Source of the DNA: Octopus vulgaris | Taxonomy: Eukaryota | Length of the DNA stretch: 64,000 nucleotides | Direction of reading: 5' to 3' | NCBI GenBank assembly: GCA_951406725.2 | Contig: OX597820.1 | Location: 95,480,001 to 95,544,000, forward strand | Shown: piece after piece, positions 55,626 to 64,000 of the stretch | How positions within the stretch are numbered: the stretch's first letter is position 1 | Layout of the letters: each line of letters starts with the position of its first letter | The notes under the pieces: generated by a model | What the model saw: the letters and a program-made list of their open reading frames with translations, nothing else | Databases searched by the model: none | Told to the model about the DNA's origin: nothing | Program-made: the position numbers and the translations under genes

Positions 55626-57304
55626 CAGGATAGACATGACTGAAGCATCTTTAACCATAGATCTGGTAAACTAGGGATGATAAAAGGTTGTCCAATAACA
55701 ACAATAACCACAACAACAGCCACTACGTTCGAAAGCTATTTGTGTTTGGGACGCATCGCAGAAGATTTTTTTTCTTCATGCTGTGTATTAAAGGTATGTC
55801 AGTTAAGGAGAGCCCAAACTATACCTACACGAGAAAACACACTAAAATATAAAAAAAAAGCAAAATAAGTCAACGTAACTGCTTTTTAATTATAAGCTCC
55901 TCAGATTATTTATTACCTCATCACCTTTTACATTTAAGTGGAATGGAGATCAGATATTCATTGCTTTTTCTACAGATATAGAGCAGCATCAATGGCTAAG
56001 TGTGACAAGGAAAACCTTCGAATTGTAGTTTGCTACCTTAACAATTCGGCCTGTGCCAACAGTTCATAAGGAAATCTTAAGCTAATGAGGCTTATATAAA
56101 CTGTTTGAAGACTAAACTTCAATAGCGAATCTTAGTCGCCGTTCAGAATATTTGAAGCAAGCTTCTATGCATGAGGCCAAGGATATCGACGGCTAAAAAT
56201 TGAAAATGAAAAAAAGTTAAGTGAAATGACTTAAATGTACAAGGAAGTTGCAATGCAGACTCACTCGTCTGTGAGCTTGACACATGTTTCCGGCATTCGC
56301 TCAGGAAATAGTCTTAAATGTTTGTCACAGCAGAAATACCATGTCCAAACATCTGAATCATAGTTTTGGAATTTTTTATATTTTTAAAGAGTAAAGATAA
56401 AATTAAAAACAGAATTCTTTGAGTTGATTGAACTAACGGAAGGAGAATTTTTATAGGTGACTAATTGTTTCTTAATCGATAATGTCTGTCTCTCGACCAT
56501 TACACACACATGGAAACAGGCTTATTTACGAGATCTATGATAACTATTTTGGCAAGGTATTGTAAGAAATTTCGTTAGAAGTGATATCAATATTGCATTC
56601 TTAATTAGTTATGTGAGGAATTATGGGTCGGAGAAATAGTTGAACAGAAATATTTGATTGAAAATCTTTTCAAATCTCTGGAAGTTATTTAAATTATTAA
56701 AATATATATTACAGTCGAAATTCGATTTTGGGCGAATTATATTGATTCGACCTATAACATGTCATACTCAACAAAAGTATATCTCTTTGTTATTGTTGTT
56801 CAGCTTCAAGTCAAGACTGATCGGATCGACCTATCACCAAAGGATGAAAGACACAACATCTCTATTTCCACAAATATAACTGTATTGAAAACAACAGAGC
56901 ACCATTTGAGGTGATAATTTGGCTGCTCTGTTGTTGCAGATTGAGCCAGTACGTTGAGATTTCATTCATTGCTTGAGATGGCTGACAATTCATTCCTTAT
57001 TTTTATTTATATTCAACAAAACATGAAACAGTTCTCTGTTGAATGCATTACATCTTAAAGAAGTCTCTTAATTTCACTAACTATCATGCTCTTAGAAGAA
57101 ACATCAGAGCGATATCTGTCTATTTCACCAGAAAACGAATAAACCTCTATTCAGTCGCTGGATCTACTAAAAATAGCAGCCAAATATCCCTCATATCACA
57201 CTCCATAAAAGACGGAGAACAGCTGCATCACATACCAGAGCGTCGTTATATGAAACCTTTTTGTTGTTACAATATCCCCTGCCCAAAAAATCCGCAACAC
57301 ACAC

Positions 57305-57339
<35 letters not shown>

Positions 57340-57596
57340 TGTATGTATGTATGTATGTATGTATGTATGTATGTATACAGGCATGTATCCATGTATGCAC
57401 TTGGTATTTCCAATATTATTGCGGTTTATATATATATATATATGAGCGGTATTGGCATCTAAAAGACACAAAGAGTAGCAGGTAACGCTAAGTAAGTGCT
57501 TTGGACAGACCGTAGTTGAACTCTTGGTTCGATAATGATATGAGTGAGGAGTCTAATGTGGGTCTTCAATTAGCATGCATATATATATTATGCAAC

Positions 57597-58090
57597 ATGA
57601 AATGACAGGGCTAAGGTTGTGAGGAATTTTCTGGACATTTATGAGGAAAAAGATATAGATATAGTCCTACGGTTACTTCTGGGATATTATGGATATCCCT
57701 TCATCAGAGACGATGTGAGATGGTTAAATAGAGGAAAATATTTGAGTTCGAAATAAGGAATTATTATGGAAAAGGAGAAAATAGTGAATATAGAGGGAAA
57801 TAAGAGAATGAAAGTAGAAATAAAATACAAAAATACATGGAGCTGCTACTAGAATATCTTTATGTATTTTATTTCTACTTTCATTCTCTTATTCCCTCTA
57901 TATTCGCTATCTCCTCCTTTTGCATAATAATTCCTTATTTCGAACTCAAATATTTTCCTCTATTTAACCATCTTACATCGTCTCTGATGAAGGGATATCC
58001 ATGATATCCGAGAAATAGCTGTTAGACTATATATCGTTTTCCTTATAAATGTTCTGAAAACTCCCCACAGCCTTGGCTTTGTTATCTCAT
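57597..58090. mobile_element. Diverged inverted repeat (~230-bp arms, ~33-bp spacer) of Penelope-type pseudo-LTRs, each with a decayed hammerhead
   Basis: Right arm GTCT-CTGATGA-ag-GGATATC-cat-GATATCC-ga-GAAAT-agct-GTT-AGAC (57980-58027); mirror at 57664-57711. Confidence 0.75.
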
Positions 58091-58094
58091 TTTG

Positions 58095-58165
<71 letters not shown>

Positions 58166-58223
58166 CATATATATGTGTGTATGTATGTATGTATGTATGT
58201 ATGTATGTATGTATGTATGTATG

Positions 58224-58279
<56 letters not shown>

Positions 58280-60144
58280 TATGTAACTCTTTCTCTTTCT
58301 CTCTCTCTTTATATATAGGAATGCTTTCGTCGATTCCTAACATTATTGTATTTTACAGCTTTTTTTTTTTTTTACAAATGATGCATATCTTGCATAATTT
58401 TTTTTTATTTTAGACCAATCCAGTGTCGTCTTCAAGGTTATGTTCGGATTACATAGGTATGAATCTGATTGGTTGCATAAAAACGAAAGTTTTCCCAGTG
58501 AACTAGGTTCTGTACAGAATGTTGGAATAGACAAAAAATACATGCAGTTTTCTTGTAGATTATTATAATAAGAGAATTTGTTTCCTTTACATATTTCCTT
58601 TCGATTCAATTTTTTGTTGCCATGTCAAATACTGTAGATAACATGAATTTGTTTTAGATTTTAATATTGTCAATATTTCATAGATAGTTTTCAGCTGATT
58701 GCATTGATATAAGGTTTCTGTATGTATTGCTATTATATGGCAAGAGGAATTTTCAGAACCTGCTTTATAAATATTGCAAAAAAGAAGAAAATACCCAAAA
58801 ACCTACTCAAAATTAAAGAGAGAAACGGTATTTCAGAGAATTCACATACAGTAGGATATAAAATTATACTCTTTTCCTTGCCAAATGAATGAGAAAAGAT
58901 CTTGATAAGTATAATCACATCGTTTTGAATAACTCTATGCTGCATGATATGCGTCCTAAATGTACGAAGGACATTAAGTTGTGAAGCCATAGAATGACGG
59001 AAGAGTGGTGATTGCAATGAACAAGGAAAAACATACATATAAGCATATACGTTCATTTACATTACATTCCCAGTAAATATGCCTATGTATTTATGATGTG
59101 TAAATGTATTGTAATATTTTTAATAGCCATATATTCATTTGACTATGCACATAATCCTGTAAGCATATTTTATATTTATTATTAACCTACACAATATTAG
59201 AAATCTGGTCAGTCACATACACACACATACTCACACACATTCTCTCACACACGCATACACACAAACACACACACGCTCAGACACATACACACAGACATAT
59301 ATATGAAAGTATGTATATGACAAAAAGAAGGAATAGAAGCAAACAAAATAATAGTTATCATTTCTTTTTGTTAGACAATAGAAGCCTTGCATATTATGCA
59401 AAACGTGATATGCAGGATTGTAAAATGTTTAAAGTTGTAGAATTAAAATATGCGCCCTCCAGCAATGCGATGCCACCACACATATGCTTTCAGGGCATCC
59501 ACTGACAAATACAATGCCCCATAAATCTGTAGGAGGAGAAAATAACTATATACGAAATTCAACGGTGGCTCAAAAGCTCTGAGAAATAGCTTTTGAGACG
59601 CTGTGGAATCATTACAAGAGAAGATAGGCTTTAAACGTACAAGACCAATTTTTAACGACAAATACTTACAAAACTAAAGAAAATTTGCTAACAATGTATG
59701 CAAGCTGTAAAATCAGTATACCAATATCAATGTGAAACTGATGAATGAAACATGCGTGTACTATAGTACATGAAAAAAAAAAACAAACCTGGCTACACTC
59801 GTCTGCGATATGCTTATTACATATGACAAGGAAATCAAACTAAATCGCCTAGACATAATTATATCAAAATAACCGGATCGAAAACGTTTGTACTTTTACA
59901 AACTCTTCAATAAATGTACAAGTAAGTTGAAACTGCAATTAGCAAGCTGGGGAGTGGGGTTTCTTAAAAATGGAAGCTGTATGAAAATTAATTGGAGAAT
60001 GAAGTTGGATGAGAACTGCGAACAAAAATATGAAAAAACTATATCAAATCTCACAACGTCATATGTTGTTCATAAAATAACCGTGCCATAATAATGCATC
60101 CAATAGCTTCATTAGTAATTCTTTTACTAGTTACAGAGCCTTCA

Positions 60145-60189
<45 letters not shown>

Positions 60190-60290
60190 GTGTGTGTATA
60201 CACACATACACACACATATATACACATATATATTTACATTAATACATACAGACACACACAAATATATATGCCTGTCTATCTATTTATCTG

Positions 60291-60600
60291 GTGGAGGCAC
60301 ATGGCCTAGTGGTTAGAGCAGCGGACTCGCGGTCGAGGGATCGCAGGTTCGAATCTCAGATCGGGCGATGTGTGTGCTTATGAGCGAAACACCTAAGCTC
60401 CACGCGGCTCCGGCAGAAGGTAATGGCGGAAATTCTGCTGACTCTTTCGCCACAACTTTCTCTCACTGTTTCCTACAGCATCTTGCAGCTCACCTGCGAC
60501 GGACCGGCGTTCCATCCAGGTGGGGAACCTACAAGCCAAGGAAACCGGGAAACTGGCCCTAATGAGCCAGGGATGGCTCGAGAAGGCACAAACGAAACAA
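60291..60600 (+). mobile_element. SINE with family B head and family C tail
   Basis: gtggaggcacatggcctagtggttagagcagcggactcgcggtc...ggttcgaatc; tail cctgcgacggaccggcgttccatccag...gaaaccgggaaactggccc. Confidence 0.88.
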
Positions 60601-60603
60601 AGA

Positions 60604-60772
<169 letters not shown>

Positions 60773-61044
60773 ATTTGTGTGTGTGTATGAGAGGAAAACA
60801 CAACATGAAAAACAGGTTAAATATTTATGGCAATAAAATAAAAACGTATAATATAATCTATTGAGGTAGGACATAATGCTTTCCGGACATCGCCATGACA
60901 CGGATGATATCTTTTCATAATTAGATAAAATTATTTTCAAATCATATAAAACATCCTGTTTATTCTGAAACATGAAAACATCCATTAATACGCATACATA
61001 ATTATGATTACTATCGTTTATTACTCAGCTATAGATATACTAAG

Positions 61045-61124
<80 letters not shown>

Positions 61125-61169
61125 GTCTGTCTGTCTGTCTGTCTATCTACACACACGCTCACACAGTAA

Positions 61170-61335
61170 AACAAGGTGAAAAAATAGTATTCGAATACTA
61201 AAGATAAAGTAATATACTTTTTATTAAAGATGCTAATTCATCAGAGTTTCACGTTCACGTTCGCCGAACAACTGTCAGACGAACGGGAACGTGAAACTCT
61301 GAATAACAGTTCTCTGATAATTTTGCAGCTATATT
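61170..61335. mobile_element. Small Penelope-type fold-back with hammerhead-like motif (61271-61310, +)
   Basis: Hairpin cagagtttcacgttcacgttcg / cgaacgggaacgtgaaactctg; ACTGT-CAGACGA-ACG-ggaa-CGT-GAAAC-tctga-ATA-ACAGT. Confidence 0.5.
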
Positions 61336-61745
61336 ATATATATATATATACACTTGGAAATTGATGCGTAGCGTTCAATTAAATGATATTATAAATAATA
61401 TATATATGCATATATGGGTACAGGACGTCACCAACTGTGTAAACAACATGAAATACGAAAACAAACTAGTTAAATAACACAAAGAACAACCCTTCATCAG
61501 TTATCGGCTGTCTATCTACTCCTCTTTTCGAGCATTCAACGACAATATGAGTCTTCGAAGACAGTTGCACCCATAAATTCCAAAATGAAATTTTGGATTT
61601 ATGGAGGGTCAAAGTTGGGAACAATAACAGGACAGTGGTGACACACAAGAAAACCGAGCGAAACAAACGTGGGGGATCGTTAGATAAGAACGAGAAGAAA
61701 ATAGTGAACTCTGGGAGAAATATTTTCTTTGAAAACAGAAAAGAT

Positions 61746-61813
<68 letters not shown>

Positions 61814-61959
61814 TCCAATTTCTCTGTGGCTAAGAATGTTCGCTTAAAAATTAAGGAATTGCATTACTGGAGTTACGTTACTGAAATTACGTTACTGGAG
61901 ATTCTACTGTCACATCAACAAAAAACAAAAAAACAAAAACGTGGTTATGCCAAATGACA

Positions 61960-62520
61960 TTTTCTTTTGTTTTGTGACACGCGCTACGCTTTTAAAATCA
62001 AAGAAAAATATGTCTCACGAAGAATATGCTTCAAATGTCGAAAGTGGTCTTCAAATATTTCTCAAGCGTTAAAACTTTCTTCAAATTCACGGAAAACAGG
62101 TGTTCAGACTATTGAAAGGCATTCAAACTATTCAAGCATTGTTGAGCCAACTACTGAAGACTTTTCTCAAACACCTAACAAGTTTGGCTTATTTGCGCTA
62201 ACTGCAGAATTATTTAAGTGTACCGTCGATAAACAACATGACTTGAAATATTGCAGGGGATTTGATTTCGATCAATCTTGGATGTTTCTAACTGATGCAC
62301 AGAACAGCGCTATCTGGATACAATAGTTTGCAGAAAAATTCTCAGGAGAAATCAACTAGTGATAGGTATAATATATAAAAATGTAGAAGAGGAGGCTCCG
62401 AAATTCAGGAACTCCATTCCTGAATTTTTTGCGGCGTTGAAAAATTTTGCAGTAGCAATGTTATAGTACTTTCCTCAATACATATCTGTGAATTATTGTT
62501 TTCAATGATAAGCCAGTGCA
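61960..62520 (+). pseudogene. hAT transposase C-terminal remnant
   Basis: LKNFAVAML...SIHICELLFSMI resembles the hAT dimerisation motif STYxCExxFS. Confidence 0.45.
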
Positions 62521-62596
62521 GCGTACATTTTCCTTTCTTTGATTTTTTTTTGTATTAGTGTTTATATTTCATATTCTTAAATTAGCGTAAAATAAA

Positions 62597-62855
62597 AGCG
62601 GTGAAATGGCTGAATCCTTACCACGTCGGACAAACCTTTTTTTTTTAGCGACATTTTTTCCGGCTTTTTAGTTTGAGTTCAAACTCCGCTGATGTCAGAT
62701 TTTGCTTTCCTCCTTTCCGGATCGATAAACTAAAGCATCAGTCAGGTACTGGGGTCAATGTAATCAACTTGTCCCCTCCCGCAAAATAAGGTACCTGTCG
62801 TTTAAACTCTCTCCGCAAAATTGCTGGCCCTCTACCTAAATTAGACACAGTTATT
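62597..62855 (+). mobile_element. Diverged family A SINE
   Basis: gagttcaaactccgctgatgtcagattttgctttcctcctttccggatcgataaa...ggggtcaatgtaatcaact. Confidence 0.7.
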
Positions 62856-64000
62856 AAGGTAAAATATATTACATAAAAATATATGTAATTTGTGTATTGT
62901 CTTGTTTCAAAACATTGAAAATAATTTTTGTAAGGTGTTTATAATGTACAATTGTGTTTATAGTGTACAATTGTGTTTGTAAACTTGGTTTTCAATTGTC
63001 TTTAGAAGACTATAGCCATGAATAATTCTTTCAACATGCTTTCTAAACTATTTTCATGTATTTCAATTTCCGTTTTATATTTCTGTTAAAAGTAAAATAT
63101 AACAAGAACAAATATGAAGACTTCTCTATTTTTTCCTGAAATATGATCCATTATCATTGTTATTTATTCATTAAATTTACTTTTTATATTTATTACTTTT
63201 TATGAGTAAAAGATGTAATTCATAAAACAATTCTGTTAAAACAGTTTAGAAGTTACTGATTGTCTAAAGCAAGAATTCTTTAATAATATTTTGTTTTTCT
63301 ATAAAATAATTTATAAAGGAGAAAAATAAAAATACAAAACTGAAATTCTACGCCAAAACTATTTCTTCGATCGCGTATATTAATTTTGGTTCTTAGAATA
63401 TTATCGTCAATGCGGGCAGATGCGCTCAAAATTTTCACCACCCTGGATTTAAGATGTCAAATAATCTGATATCTTTACCTAGTTTACGCAGCCTTACCTA
63501 AGACTTAACTAAATCTTCATTCACAACTACCATCTAATTATGATGATCTATATTAAACCCATTAACTTTCTTTTCTGTTGGCTCATAATTAAAAAGTCTC
63601 TGAAGCAAGTGAAAAATGTAAACTCACTACCACTATTAAAAATCGAAATTATCATTTAGTTTTCAAAACGTATTAGAAGAAATGCAAAATCTAAGTTAAA
63701 CTATATATTTTAGCTTTGAATTTTTATACAAAACGACTTTTAGAAATGTGTTCTCAAACTTAATTTCTTTTTTTTTTTCTGGTAACTTCTGATATAGCAA
63801 TAAGTACCAATATATAAGTTCTAATATTTGACGATTTTCGTTTATAGAGGAGATTGTATTTCTGTTGCAGTGGATATTCAGAAGAAAAAAAACCCCAGCA
63901 AAATACATAAAGAATTATACTGTCTAACAGAACTGAATTCTTAAATTCATGGGATTTTATTTGTTTTAGCAGTTACATATTTGTTCCACACCCCACCAAA

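Noticed and set aside
56265-56352. Possible minus-strand exon (VWTWYFCCDKHLRLFPERMPETCVKLTD, donor GTGAGT)
   Set aside because: Weak acceptor and end phase not directly compatible with the 31822 exon; needs RNA-seq.
59738-59760. CTGATGA-at-GAAAC-atgcgt-GTA hammerhead-like core
   Set aside because: No stem II and flanks do not form stem I; compatible with chance.
61486-61560. CTGATGA on the minus strand in a Penelope-like flank
   Set aside because: No matching GAAA/stem arrangement could be built.

Overview
AT-rich eukaryotic (animal) DNA dominated by microsatellites and transposable elements. The SINE families resemble those of octopus (inference from memory, not searched). Nearly all six-frame ORFs are artefacts of (TA)n/(CA)n/(TATG)n tracts. 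Supported content: many tRNA-derived SINEs (several with TSDs), a CR1-group LINE pair with one long RT ORF beside a 100-N gap, RTE, R4/Dong, Jockey-like and Penelope-like (GIY-YIG) remnants, mariner/Tc1, hAT and Chapaev-like remnants, a 28-bp minisatellite, and two phase-compatible minus-strand coding exons of an unrecognised gene about 26.5 kb apart. The strongest unexplained signal is RNA-level. At 49367-50320 a highly structured 361-bp monomer occurs in tandem plus one inverted, circularly permuted copy, and carries a type I hammerhead ribozyme (HHR). This is the architecture of a non-LTR retrozyme (circular-RNA mobile element). Several other repeat families carry minimal Penelope-type HHRs, including core variants such as an apparent C3-G8 to G3-C8 swap, and five unrelated HHR-bearing families all form head-to-head fold-backs with the ribozyme sense pointing outward. 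All structures were read by eye; no folding or database search was run.
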